DNA from: the human T2T-CHM13v2.0 reference genome, Homo sapiens
Strand: one strand, 5' to 3'
DNA length: 64,000 nt
Assembly (NCBI RefSeq): GCF_009914755.1
Contig: NC_060936.1
Below are positions 1 through 12,594 of this stretch, piece after piece; position 1 is the stretch's first letter, and each line of letters starts with the position of its first letter. The notes under the pieces are model-generated. The model worked only from the letters and a program-made list of their open reading frames with translations. It made no database searches and was not told where the DNA came from. A program made the position numbers and the translations under genes.

Positions 1-59
1 ACAGAATGTAAGCAGCAGCCCGGCAGCCTCCATCAAGTGCCATTTTAGGCAGTATCATG

Positions 60-1220
60 ATTTCTAAAACAAAAATAATTTTGCCTGTTTAGGGTTTACA
101 TAAATGGAATCATACAGTATATGTAGTATCTTGTGTCTGGATTTTGTCCCCCAAGGTTTATTTATAAGATTTCTCCATGCTCTTGTTTTAGTTTATTTAT
201 TCTCATAAAAATATAGTATTTTGTTAAATAAATACATGATAATTTATTATCCAAATCACTACTTACAGACATTTCAGTCGTCTCACATTTTTAGCCATTA
301 TGAATATGGCAGCTATGAACATTGATGTTTTCCTGTGTTGGTCTTGGTCTTGAGGGTATTTCTTTTGGCTGTTGGGAATGATGTTATTATTTATAGATTT
401 TTACATGTCTTTTAGTGAATACATATGCATTTTCATTGGACATATACCTAAGAGTAGAATACTGTATCATACATGATTATGCACATATGTACCTTTAGCC
501 CACACCTCTAAACTGCTTTCCAAAGTGGCTATGCTGATTTGCATTCCCACCAACAGCATATGAGATTTGCAATATCCTTTCTCAATATCCTTGTCAAAAC
601 TCCATAGTGTATGTCTTTTTTTTTATCTTAGCCATCCTGGTAGGTATATAGTGGTATTTCATTGTGATTTTAATTTTATTTTCTTAAAGACTAATAGTGT
701 TAAGCAACTTTTCATTTACTTATTATTCAATTATTTTACTTTATCATGAAGTGTCTTTTCAAGCATTTTAAACATTTACTATTGGGTTGGTTACATTTTA
801 AATTGATTTGTAAAAGTTTATATATATATTCAGAATAGGAACCATTTGTTAACTATATATTTTGAAAATATTTTCTCTCACTTTGTGGTTTTTCTTTTTT
901 CTAAGAACTTCTTTTGACAAATGGATTTTCAATTTTAATGTAACCCAGTTTATAAATTTTTCTTTATAGTTAGGGTTATTATTTACTATTTAAGAAATTT
1001 ATGATCACCTCAACCTTATAAGACATTCCTTATGTTTTCTTTTAAAAGCCTTATTGTTTTACTTTTGCTGTTTACTTTTACACTCCATTTGGAATTAAAT
1101 TTTGTGAATAGTGATGGTTATTGAAAATACCCAACTTTCCAGTGTACTGCATTTAAATCAGGTAGCTGCATATGCATAGTTCTGTTTTTGCCTTCTCTAT
1201 TCTGGTAAGTTGGCAAATGT
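60..1220 (-). mobile_element. Old LINE-1 (L1M-type) 3' region, antisense, decayed
   Basis: Typical antisense L1 3' motifs: 'ggaatcatacagtat', 'gcagctatgaacatt', 'ttccaaagtggctat...cattcccaccaacagc', 'ctaatagtgttaagcaacttttcat'. Boundaries approximate. Confidence 0.75.
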
Positions 1221-1424
1221 CAAATTATATTAATTGCTCTAGCATCTATATTGATTATTATTTTTCTTTCTGAGATTCATTCTGGATATTTTTTAGCTTC
1301 TCTTCCACTCCACCAATCCCCTTTTTACTCAGCTCTAATCTGTTAAACTCATTTCTAGAGTTCTTAATTTTAATTCTTCATCTCTAAATTCTATGATGTT
1401 TTTAAAATATCTTTTCTTTTCTTT

Positions 1425-1822
1425 AATGTGGCACATATATACCAGGGAATACTATGCAGCCACAAAAAAGAATGAGTTCACATCCTTTACAGGGACTTGA
1501 ATGAAGCTGGAAGCCATCTTTCTCAGCAAACTAACACAGGAACTGAAAACCAAATGCCACATGTTCTCACCCATGAGTGGGAGTTGAACAATGAGAACAC
1601 ATGGACACAGGGAGGGGAACATCACATAATGGGGCCTGTCAGGGGATGGGAAGCAAGGAGAGGGAGAGCATTAAGACAAATACCTAATGCATGCGGGGCT
1701 TAAAACCTAAATGACGGGTTGATAGGTGCAGCAAACCACCATGGCACATGTATACCTATGTAACAAATCTGCATGTTCTGCACATGTATCCCAGAACTTA
1801 AGGTCAAATAAAAAAAAAAAAA
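1425..1822 (+). mobile_element. 5'-truncated L1PA 3' end with poly(A)
   Basis: 'atgtggcacatatatacc...gttgaacaatgagaacacatggacacagggagggg...cccagaacttaa' followed by an A-run at about 1806-1822. Confidence 0.95.
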
Positions 1823-1904
1823 CCTCAATAATCCTATTTACCTCCATCAACACAATAAGCAGTTTTTCCTTAAAATATGTATCTGACAACTGCAAATACT
1901 GGTT

Positions 1905-2077
1905 CCTCTTTTTCTTCTTTCTTTCTTTCTTTCCCTTCCTTTTTCTTTATTTTTTTTTTTCTCGAGACAAATTCTAGCTTTATCATCCATGCTAGTCTCA
2001 AATGTCTGGGCTCAAGGGATCTTTCTGCCTCAGACTCCCAAGTCACTGGGATTACAAGCATGAGCCATCATGCCCCC
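1905..2077 (-). mobile_element. Alu monomer (FLAM-like) with T-rich tail
   Basis: T/CT-rich tail followed by 'gagac...gggctcaagggatctttctgcctcagactcccaagtcactgggattacaagcatgagcc'. Confidence 0.85.
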
Positions 2078-2163
2078 TGAAGCTCCTTTTTCTGCTCATT
2101 CTGGCTCATGCTGTCCAGTCCCTTTATGTGTGTGGTTAAACTGCTTTTTTAATATTTTGTATC

Positions 2164-2320
2164 TCAGTATCTCAGAACATAATTTTCCCTTCCATACTTT
2201 GAGGTATAGAGCTCATTAAGGTATAGAGCTTATTGGTATAAAGCATATCTAAGAAGTCCTTTATAACAATACTAAAGCAAACTTAAATGTCCCAATAACC
2301 TCCCCTTTCTCCACTTTTTT
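2164..2320 (+). repeat. 157-bp direct duplication, copy 1 (partner 3827-3983)
   Basis: Ungapped alignment to 3827-3983 with 4 mismatches. Confidence 0.97.
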
Positions 2321-3826
2321 ATCCACAGACCTGGATATTGTGTGTAAAAAAATAATTTGAAGTCAAGGACAACGTTCTCTTTCTCCAGAAATGATGGGCT
2401 TTTCTTTCTGTCAGAGGCCTAACTCTTGAAATCTATAATCTCTTTAATCTGATTTCAGAGATTGGCATACTTCAAAACTGGGCTTCCATCTTTGTAAGAA
2501 CCAGATGACTTCCTAGTCAACCTTTGCAGTGTGCATATTGCTTATACCCACCCTCATGGGTCTGCTGCCCCATTTTCATATGGATCCTCACAAGATGCTC
2601 TAATAATACCATTCAGTTTCCCAGATGTTCAGCAACTCTTTCAGAATAAGCAAATATCCACAGGGGACAAGCACCCTGAACACCAATCATTTACCTGCGT
2701 ACATCTCTGTTTTCTTTCTGATCACAAACTATTCAATGATTATTTAGCATTCTAAGCCTTCAAGCAAATTATGTTTATTTTTTTCTAAGTTTTCAAGGAT
2801 TTCTTCAATCAGAGAATTGCTTTGAATTACTTAGTGTATAATTACAAAAACAAAGTCTTTTTCAAACACTTTTAAAGGCATTTTTTTAAACAAAGCAAGT
2901 TTCTCCCCATAGCATTCCTAGGAATGCTACCGAGTTGCAGAACAAATACCCTGAACATATACATGTGCAGGCCTGTGTGGAATAGAGGGAAGAAGAAAAG
3001 ATTGCCCTTGCTGTGCACCTGGAATATTTTGAGAAGAGAATGGGCAAAGGTAGTCAACTGTTGGGATATGTGATCAGAATTCTGCTTAGCTTAATTATAT
3101 TTTAGCTGTAGGAAATGTTTTTTTCCCACCTGTTAGGGAAATTACATTTAAACACAGCAATAAATGAAATAATCTTCCCAGAGGATTGGACGTTAGCATA
3201 GAAGAGGGTCATAGAAGGTGGGAGGGCTTCAAAATCAGAGCATTTTAGAGCTTTGGTGAGTCTTGTGGTACTCTGTTGTGGTCTAGAAGTAATACTGGGG
3301 CCAGAAAGTGTCATGGTGGGGAGAATTCAGCCATACTTATCAATGCTGTTGTCCACACCTGCTCTATTATCCTTCTCTGAGCTAGTGGACTAGGATAGAC
3401 CTGTTAACAATGACGCAAATGGATATCTGCTATTAAAGAGGTGAATGACAGTCTCCAATGAAGGTGGGAAGAGGGTCATGTCTGATTTTATTGATAATTG
3501 GACTGCCATGCCCAGTGTGATAGGTAGAAAAAAAAAAAAGAAAAGAAGAGAGGATGGAAAAAAACAAAAGGAGAAAGGAAAGAAAAAAATGTTCAGTAAT
3601 TCCATTAATTTTAAAACATCTGACTTAATAAATTTATTGCTGAAAAACAACCAAAGAAAAGAGAATCCATGAATTGTGGGTCTTCATTCTTGTAATAAAA
3701 TCAAATGCTTTTGCTTATTACTAATATAAGAGGTTTTTATTTTCAAAAATAGCTGTACTATGACTTCAGGCCATTCTGTGGTGCTTTTCTGGTCAATGCA
3801 ATACATTGCTAATTTATATAATAAAA

Positions 3827-3983
3827 TCAGTATCTCAGAACATAATTTTCCCTTCCATACTTTGAGGTATAGAGCTCATTGAGGTATAGAGCTTATTGGT
3901 ATAAAGCATATCTAAGAAGTGCTTTATACCAATACTAAAGCAAACTTAAATGTCCCAATAAACTCCCCTTTCTCCACTTTTTT
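3827..3983 (+). repeat. 157-bp direct duplication, copy 2 (probable donor)
   Basis: Ungapped alignment to 2164-2320 with 4 mismatches. Confidence 0.97.
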
Positions 3984-4544
3984 TTCCAAATTCCCCACCC
4001 TGCCCACACACAGACACATACCTATTCTCCTATATCCTATTATGCTTTCTGAAAATTATATGGTTTTCTATATGAGTAAGAAGGCAAAACAGGCGCCTCA
4101 GATTCCAGAAGATTTTATAAACTCTGCCATCTGCACATCTGGTATGTAAGATGCCTGTAGTGCTCTTTAATCAGCAACACAGATGTATGCGCTTTGGGCA
4201 CTTGTCAGAGTTACTTCACAAATTGACTACAAGTAACCAGGTCTTGTCAAAACTTTACTTGAAAATGGGATGATTTAAAGAGACAAGCTAACCACCTACT
4301 TAAACATTTTCTCCAAGCTCTTACCTATGTTAAGAAATACAATTAGAAAAAAACATTGTTGAATGATGCCATTCATTTTCCTGAAATTAAAATTGGTTTG
4401 GTCCATAACTTTAATTATGTATAATAAAAAAGAATTCATCTTTATAAAGATTTCTACAATTTTTTGGTGAACTATGTTTTTACCTATTGTCTATTATCAT
4501 GTACACAGCTTTATATAATAATCTATGAGATAAAATTTTTTTTC

Positions 4545-4685
4545 ATATACTGATTTGTTGGTTGGGTAAATGTCTATCTCCCTCACTGGAACTTAAGCTG
4601 CATGAGGGGCAGAGACACTGTCACATTTATAGCACTCGAAATGGCATTTGGTATATAGTTGGTACTCAATGATTACTTGTTAAAA
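4545..4685 (+). mobile_element. L2 3' end fragment
   Basis: 'tgtctatctccctcactggaacttaagctgcatgaggggcagagac...ggtactcaatgattacttgtt'. Confidence 0.7.
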
Positions 4686-5319
4686 CTTATTAGCCATGTC
4701 TGATACAATCTAAAACTATAGAAAATTTAAAATTCATTAGACAATATGAGACTTTTGTAATATTTAAATGTTAAAATAGGGGACAATTTCCTAAATTTTT
4801 ATTTTCATTGATAGAAACTGAGGTTGTTATATTGTCTAAAGTAACACCCACTGAAAATGGAAACAATTAAAATGTAAATATATTAAGTGGCAACTAAAAA
4901 GCATGCTTGAATTATTTTTCCAGGAATAAAGGAGTTGCTATGTGCAAAGAGTGTTTCTCAGTCAAAACCTAGAGTCATAGTCTAGGCCTCTGACCTTTCT
5001 TCCACCCAGACCCTCCAGCTAAACCTTGCTCATCCTCTCCCTTCCTGCCTCTGTATTTTGGCTCACACTCTTCTTTTATCCAGAACACCCTTGCCCAACA
5101 TCTATGAGATAAATTTATCCTAGAAATCAGAAGCAAAAAAAAAAAAAGGCTTTTCAAGTGACCTTATTATGTTTTATTCAGTGGACAACTAAAAGTACAT
5201 TCTTTAATTTCTTTTATCATTTTTTCCTTTTTTTTAACAACTTATCTCCAAGTTCTATAATTCCTTTTTTTTTTCTTTGTTGTCAGGAAGCTCAGAAAAC
5301 AGTTTAGTATTAAATTCCC

Positions 5320-5830
5320 ATTTACTACAATTTAACAAATATAAAGTGAATAATAAAAATAAGGAAGCTTCTGTACTGGATGCTGCAGAAGAGAGAGAGA
5401 TAAATGGTTCAATCCATCCTTTAGGCAGGGGGACAGTCCAGAGTTCTTGTTGTAGGGAGAGAAGCTAAGGCCAATGAACAAACAAGGTGGATAGGACAAT
5501 AACCATTGATGGTTCCTGAAGACAGAATTAAGGGGAGGCAAAGGAGGAAAAGAAACATTCAGGTCTGGAACTCTATAATCTGTATAAAAGAGATGAGCGT
5601 TTTGCATGAACATTTTGGCTGAGTTTTCGTTCAAGTTTTGGGGTAGGAAGAGAAAGCATTTCAGGTAGAAAAGAAAAGCAAATGAGATATGTAGGGCTTA
5701 TCAAATGGTCTGCTTTGATTGGAGCAGAAGATGTGTGTTAGGACAAAGTGTGAAATAAGCACAGAAAGGTAGGTTTTGCTGTATGTTGTGCATGACTTTC
5801 AAAGCTATGATGAAGAACTTCAGTTTTTAC
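5320..5830 (-). mobile_element. L2 fragment
   Basis: 'tttaacaaata...ctgtactggatgctg', 'gaaagcatttcaggtaga', purine-rich antisense L2 pattern. Confidence 0.55.
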
Positions 5831-6129
5831 TTCATGCCAGTTGTTTTCTTATCTTCCTGCAGAGATTTATTCTGTATGTTAATTTAAGTATTTTTTAATA
5901 AATGTTTCCTGTTTTTCTAATGATTTAAATTACCTCAAATTCATTTTGATGGTAGATAGATATAAACACTATAATGTATAAATGTTGCTAAGAAAAAAAA
6001 CTCTAATAACTTTCATTTAAAAATATCATTCAAAACAGTTATCTGATGTAGGATAGAAAGGACATAAAATGACAACTCAGTTTGTCTAGAGCATCTGCAA
6101 GTCACTGTATAATGTATTTTTCCATGTTT

Positions 6130-6310
6130 TATTTAATCAATGAAAATCTGATTAATAAGCATTTTTATCTTAATTGTATAGAAGATATTCTAAAGTTCAG
6201 AAAAATTAAATGGCTTTCCCAGAGATACAGAGCTCGTAAGTGTTCAAATTCAGATTGGAACACAAAACTCTCTGACCCTGAAGCTCATTTTTTCCCTATG
6301 ACATTGTGCC
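6130..6310 (-). mobile_element. MIR fragment
   Basis: 'aaagttcagaaaaattaaatggctttcccagagatacagagctcgtaagtg...tctgaccctgaagctc'. Confidence 0.7.
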
Positions 6311-6435
6311 ATAACCAATATAACAACTAAGTTATCAATTCACTCTGATTTTTACATTTTTGCTGATTATCCTGACACATTTCTGCTTTTATCCATAAGA
6401 GTATTTAAATATGGATATAATTCGTCAACAGATTT

Positions 6436-6472
6436 AATGGAATGGTACAGAATGGAATGGTACAGAATGGAA
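6436..6472. repeat. Short tandem repeat (AATGGAATGGTACAG) x ~2.5
   Basis: Read directly from the sequence. Confidence 0.9.
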
Positions 6473-9466
6473 ACTTGGATGATGGTCGTATTTACTATTT
6501 TATTTTTTGAAACAGCTGAGATCATTTATTTTGAGAACAGAAGCTGCCTAGGTATGTAGTGAGGCTGTTTTGTCATTGTCTCTGCAGATGTTGATTGACA
6601 ATAGTTGTCCTGAAAGTAGCCACACAGACCAGTCTTCTTGGCGAAGACATCATAGCAATTAACAAATTCTAGACCTTAGAGGAACACACCTAGAAAGACA
6701 TGAGAATTCAAGGTTCTTTGGAATTCAGAAGATGGTTGTTTCTCCTGTTAAAGCTCTATTCTGTTCAACAAGGCAAAGTAACATCAATGAAATTTGTTTA
6801 TATAAACCCCATAACTATAAATTGAAAAAAAGAGCTAGTTTCTCTCAATGTAGTATATATGTCATGACTGAAAGACTTAATTCCTTTTCCTGTGCATGTA
6901 TTTACATTTCAACATAGGGTGAAGCAAAATATAAGCTACAAAATGTGGAAGACTGAGGGACCCGACATCCCTCTGTCAATCTCCTGGTCAAACACCTTCA
7001 ACAGCTACCAATTACTATGGAAGAAAGCTCAAGTCCTTACGGTGGTATTCGACATTCTCCACATTCTATTTCCATCTGCTCTTTCTAATATTCTTCTCAT
7101 TACAATTTTTCATGTACCCAGCATACCACCTAAATGGAAATATTTGACATTTCCCCAAATAGTCCTGTGTCTTCTGGGTAATATAATGAAACTAGACAGG
7201 CTTGGGCCCCGCCCCCATGGAGCTTACAGTTCACCTTCCATTATATAAGCAGGTCTTGCTGGGCTTTACCAGCCTGTGAATATAAATGGGACCAGACTAG
7301 TAGCAATAATAGTCTGCTCCTGCTAAGTAGCAGACTCTTTAGCTTCCTTCAAAGTCTTTCTCGGTTCCATCTGAAGAGTCTCAGATGGTTCTCACTTAAC
7401 ACACAAATCCTCTTTTCTAGCATGTGGCACTGGCCACATTCTTTATCAGCACCCCTTCTTGACTGCCCCAAAGCTACAGATCAATCATAGGCCAAAACAG
7501 CATTGTATTTCCCAAAATCCTCTGTGGTTCACACAGAAACAGAAAAATGTCCCTGTTTCCCTCTGCGTGTCCAATTTCCCACCTAGGCATGAAAGTATGT
7601 AACTTGTGAACATGTATTGTAGGATCCTGCATTAAATCCAGCAACTTCCTTTCCTGCTCATAGCTCGTCTCAATGTAGCTGAAGTGATTCTCTTTTGATA
7701 GTAAGTACAGAAGATATTTTCATAAGAGACATTTCTGATACTGTTAGGGTAATATTAAATATAAGTATTCTTCTGAAAATTATTCTATGCTTTGGTTACC
7801 AGCAGTCTGCTCAGCCTTCAAATCTGTGTTCATGTGTCAGGAAAATTATTTTCTTTTTCTTGACTAATTTTAGAATAACTGTAGAACAAAAACTAGAAAG
7901 ACTTCCCTGTAAGGAAAGGATTTAGTGGAAAATATATGCAGTCATTTGTGTATATTATACTCCATAATGTCAAATGGTCACTTATTGTTTGGAAAGTCAG
8001 TGGAGTCAGTCTTGGGGACCAGTCTCTGACAGACTCCAAGCTGCTCTTCCCGCTCTATCCTCCTTCATCTTCCCCTCAAACTGTGAGATCCTGCGTGGGG
8101 TCCTTTAGGCTCCTTCAGCCTCAACTCCTTGAGTCAAGTGGCAAAATATAGGTCCTGAGAATTCATCCTACCTGCTAAAGGAAGTCCGCACTGCAGCAGG
8201 AAGCAGAGACCAGGCCATAGCTTGGCCCCCTGTTTCGGTTTTTTACCTATGTAGCTTTTCATCCTTTTTAGTTTTAGAACCTTTAGAAAAAATAACCAGA
8301 ACTAGGTTCCCTATAAATCCTAGGACTCCTTGCACATAGTATTCACTTGAAAAATGATTGTTGAATTGAATTTTTAGGGTCAAGTTATACCCACTAACCT
8401 CAATTTGTTCTAAATTAAATATTACCACATACACTTTATATCTAACCTTAAGTCACTTAGGAAGGAATATAATCTCATAAATAATTTCAAAATATAAAAC
8501 TGATTGTTTTTGTTTCAAAATGAAATAGATTTTCCTGCTCTTTATTCAGAAGTATGATGTTGTGTAGACACTGCCTTGAAAGTAGTTGTAGAAAGTACCT
8601 GAATTATGTTACAAAGCCATCTGATAGAAAAACAATTATATTAGTGTTACTCACATGATATTTGACAAGGAATGCTTAAACCATTAGTTCCCTGGAGTAC
8701 TTCTAAACTACTGTTGCTGGAGACAGAAAGGAAATATAACAGTGGCTATATTTTACACAATGAGGGATTCATTTCTGATGGGAACTTTTCAAGGGAAATT
8801 ATACTTAAAACAGCATTCTCATCAGAAATAATAAACCTAATAGAGAATGCAGATAGCAAAGAAAACTGAGACTCAGAATTCTCAGAGAAAGAGAAAGCTT
8901 AAGTATCACAGTCTTTGCAACATTTCATAGAATGTATTGGAAGAGAGCAAAGCTTTCAGCAGAAATCAAAACATACAACTTTTGTATTTAGAGATGGTAT
9001 TTTGACAGCAGGCATAAACAAAATCAGACTTAGTTAAGAGATACCGTACATCAAAAAGTAGACATCCTAGGAAATATGTAAGTTGGGACAAAGTAAGCTG
9101 TGATTCACAGGAAATTTCTCCCACCTTAAATGAAAATACCTGTAGCCATTCTGGACACCCACTTATCCTTATTGAAGAAAAAATAGAGAATGGTCTTGCG
9201 TAGCAATGATGTAGTTCAGAATAGTCCAAATTGTAAACTGCATATATTCCTTATTACAGTGTATGGACTCAGTTTTATTAATGAATGCTTTCTTTGCCTG
9301 CATAAAGTGCTAAGCTGACAAAGCCATCTGGTTATTATTATAAATACATAATGGACTGGTGGAACTATGAAAATTTCTAGAGTCAAAATTAGTGTGGCTG
9401 AAGTTATACAGTGCCCCTTAAAGAATTATGTCTGAATGAGGCCCTTTCTCTCTGAATGTAACACAT

Positions 9467-10594
9467 TTTAAATTTTGACACTAAATATTCTTCACTTTAC
9501 CCATAGGTGATCCCTCAGTACCTCCTTCAATAAAGTAGGTCAGCAAAGATCATTCTTCAAAGAGTCTGAAGAAGCTGATGTAAAATTATTACATAAAGCC
9601 AAAAGAAAAGAGTTATATAAGATGTAACCCAGAGGCAATGTGCTGTGGAGAAACAAAGTCTGAGAGGGAGGCAAATAATGAATTCTACTCTTGGCTTATC
9701 TCTAGCTCTTTCTTTGGCTAATTCAGCAAACTGCTCTTGACCAATGCCTTCCACCTCAGACCCCAATGGAGCACCACCCTACATGAAGCTAATGGTTAGA
9801 TGGCACGTTTAAAAGTAAAACAAAGCATTATTGTCTTTTTATAGCACCCCTGAGCTGGGCTCCTGTTGCCTGATTTGAACTTGTTAAAAACATTTAGGAT
9901 AGAAACACTCTGGTGGCACTTTGAAAAGGACAACTGTTAAAATGATGACTCACAACTCCAAGAGTATGAAATTAGTAGTGGTTCCCAAGTGAGTAAACAA
10001 ATATTATATAAAAATTTTTCTTGCTTGCATATTAAAAAGTATTTAGTTTGGTGCTATGTAAAAATAATTTTCTTTTCTAAAATAAAGTCTAGATTTTTTT
10101 TTTCCAAAAGCAAACCCTAGACACCAACACATATGGATTTTTTTCTATATAACTAAAAGCAAGGCATCTGGATATTTTAAAATATTAAATTTGGGGCATT
10201 TAGCAAAAAATCAGAAGCTTTTTAACATGAAATTATAGAATCAATAGCATATTTGAGGGATAATAGTCTAAAAAATAATCTTATCTGGCCATTTGCTGTT
10301 ATAGATGAGGGAAAAAATTCTCTCATCCTCCCTGAAAGATTTTTATTCCAAATATCCTATAGGTTTTTGTCTCCTGATTAACCCAAAATTTCTAAAAACC
10401 TTTAATATAATAACAGTATTAATTTCAAAGAGCATTTGTTGTGTAACCTTAACTAATTGGACACAACTGAGAATCAGTCATTTAAAAGAAAAATAGCACA
10501 AAGAATCCTTGATGAACCAAAATTGTCTCTTTAAGTTTTGACAGTAAACTTCTACACTTATCATAGGTGATCCCTTAGTCCCTCCTTCAACAAA
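9467..10594 (+). repeat. Diverged ~67-bp direct repeat pair (9467-9534 and 10530-10594)
   Basis: Core 'cataggtgatccct(c/t)agt(a/c)cctccttcaa(t/c)aaa' is 30/33 identical; weaker homology extends upstream ('tttaa.ttttgaca.taaa'). Confidence 0.85.
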
Positions 10595-11216
10595 TATTTA
10601 TAATTATTTTAGGCCCAATGACGATAATTTCACCTCTCATCTTTTGCAAATCACATTAAATTTAAAATAGCAAATATAAAAAGTCAATTAAGCACATACT
10701 AAGAAAAGGCCTGCAGTGGTGCACAGCGGTGATGTAAACAACGATTACTCTTGTTTTGTGGAGTTGATAGTTCAGGATAGGAATACAGAATGCCTGAAAG
10801 AGCAAGCTGACTGACCACGGAAATAGAGTTATCTGTAGAATGACAGAAAGAAACAGAACAGAAAATTTTAGAAAAATAGATGAAAGAGCTGGACTATCAT
10901 CATTTGTTTGTTGAAACTTAATCCCTAGACTTAAGGTCAAGCTGCTCTGCACATATCAGGAATTCCTGAGCACATCATCACAATACAATATTTTGTAGTC
11001 TGTGATGTTCTAAATCATGGACTTGGTCATCAGGAAAATACTCAATAAGCTCTATTTTAAAAGGCAGAAAAATATGTGCACATTGTAGATTTCTAAGAGG
11101 GATCTCTTCCTGAGCCAGGTTTTTGTCTAGTGATGAATGTTGCAAGATATTTGGTTATTTCTGGAGAATGATTGAGGGATTCCCACAATGTCCACTCACT
11201 GGAAGGAATGTCATAT

Positions 11217-11684
11217 TTTGTACGAAGTTGGCTCCTGCTGGTGGGTTCGTGACCTCACTGACTTCAAGAATGGAGTTGTGGACCTTTGCGGTGAGTGTTA
11301 CAGCTCTTAAAGATGGCACAGACCCAAAAAGTGAGCAGCAGCATGATTTATTTTGAACAGCAAACCCGAGAGGGTTGCCGCTGCTGGTTGGGGTGGCCAG
11401 CTTTTATTCCCTTATTTGTCCCCGCCCATGTCCTGCTGATTGGTCCATTTTACAGAGTGCTGATTGGTCCATTTTACAGAGCACTGAGTGGTCCATTTTA
11501 CAGAGTGCAGCTAGATCCATTTTACAGAGCACTGATTGGTGCATTTTACAAACCTCTAGCTAGCTACAGAGTGCTGATTGGTGCATTTTTACAGAGCACT
11601 GATTGGTGCATTTTACAAGCCTCTTGTAAGAAAAGTTCTCCAAGTCCCCACTCGACCCAGGAGTCCAGCTGGCTTCACCTCTCA
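11217..11684 (-). mobile_element. LTR12-family (ERV9) solo LTR, short form
   Basis: 'ctgacttcaagaatggag...gcggtgagtgttacagctcttaaag', tandem 'gctgattggt(c/g)cattttacagag' units, end 'gctggcttcacctctca'; probable 4-bp TSD atat/acat. Confidence 0.9.
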
Positions 11685-12231
11685 ACATAAGGGATCTCAG
11701 AACAAAAATGTAGCCAGGTACAATAAATGGACCCAGTAATAAACCTTAATCATGGAGTAGAAATCTTGAGAAAAATATGATAGTTATTATTTTAGCTAGC
11801 TTCAGGATTCTATCTCATTTCAAAGAGGCATACAACAAAGATTGAAGCTCACCTTGAAAAATTTAAAAGCACTTCTCTGTATTAATAACTACCTAGACGA
11901 CATAAAAATATGAAGTATACCTCACAATAGAAGCAGAACCAACAAACTGTACAGGAATTAATAGAAAACAAAATGATCTCTATGGAAAAAAAAATACTCT
12001 TTTCAAAGGCATAGAAGCTGATTTGATAAATAGTAAGGTATTCCATGCTCTTTAATAGCTCTTTAAAAGGAAATGTCAATCTCCTCCAAGTTGTCAATAA
12101 ATTTAATTAAAACTAAATTAACATTTCAGTTAGGTTTTTTCTTTTTTGAGAAATATGAAATTAAAACATAATATAAAGCCACCTTTGAAAATAAAAATCT
12201 GTGGCACTGGTGGTAAAGCAGACAAATAGGG

Positions 12232-12594
12232 TGTCTTAGCTCATTTGTTCTGCTATTAATAAATACCCAAGACTAGGTAATTTATAAAGAACCTAAATCT
12301 ATTTCTCACAGTTCTGGAGGCTGGGAAGTCCAAGATTAAGGCACCAGCTGGTTTGGTGTTTGGTGAGAGCTGGGTCTCCATTTCCAAGATGGCACCTTAT
12401 ATATACCCTGGAGGGGAGAAATGCTGTGTTCTTTCACAGTGGAAGAGTGAAATAGCAAAAACGGACCAAACTCTCCGTCATGAGCCCTCATGTCTTAAAT
12501 ACCTCCGAAAAGGCTCAACCTCCAAATACTGTGTTACTAGGGATTAAGTTTCAACATGAATTTTGGAGGGAACAAAAACATTCAAACCACAGCA
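12232..12594 (-). mobile_element. MST-family (MSTC-like) MaLR solo LTR
   Basis: 'tgtcttagctcatttg...tttctcacagttctggaggctgggaagtccaagatt...aacattcaaaccacagca'. Confidence 0.9.

Noticed and set aside
6436-6472. AATGG repeats as satellite II/III
   Set aside because: Only a 15-bp tandem duplication.
11295-11690. Repetitive ORFs and a CRISPR-like array
   Set aside because: Translations of the LTR12 tandem repeat; the units abut with no unique spacers.
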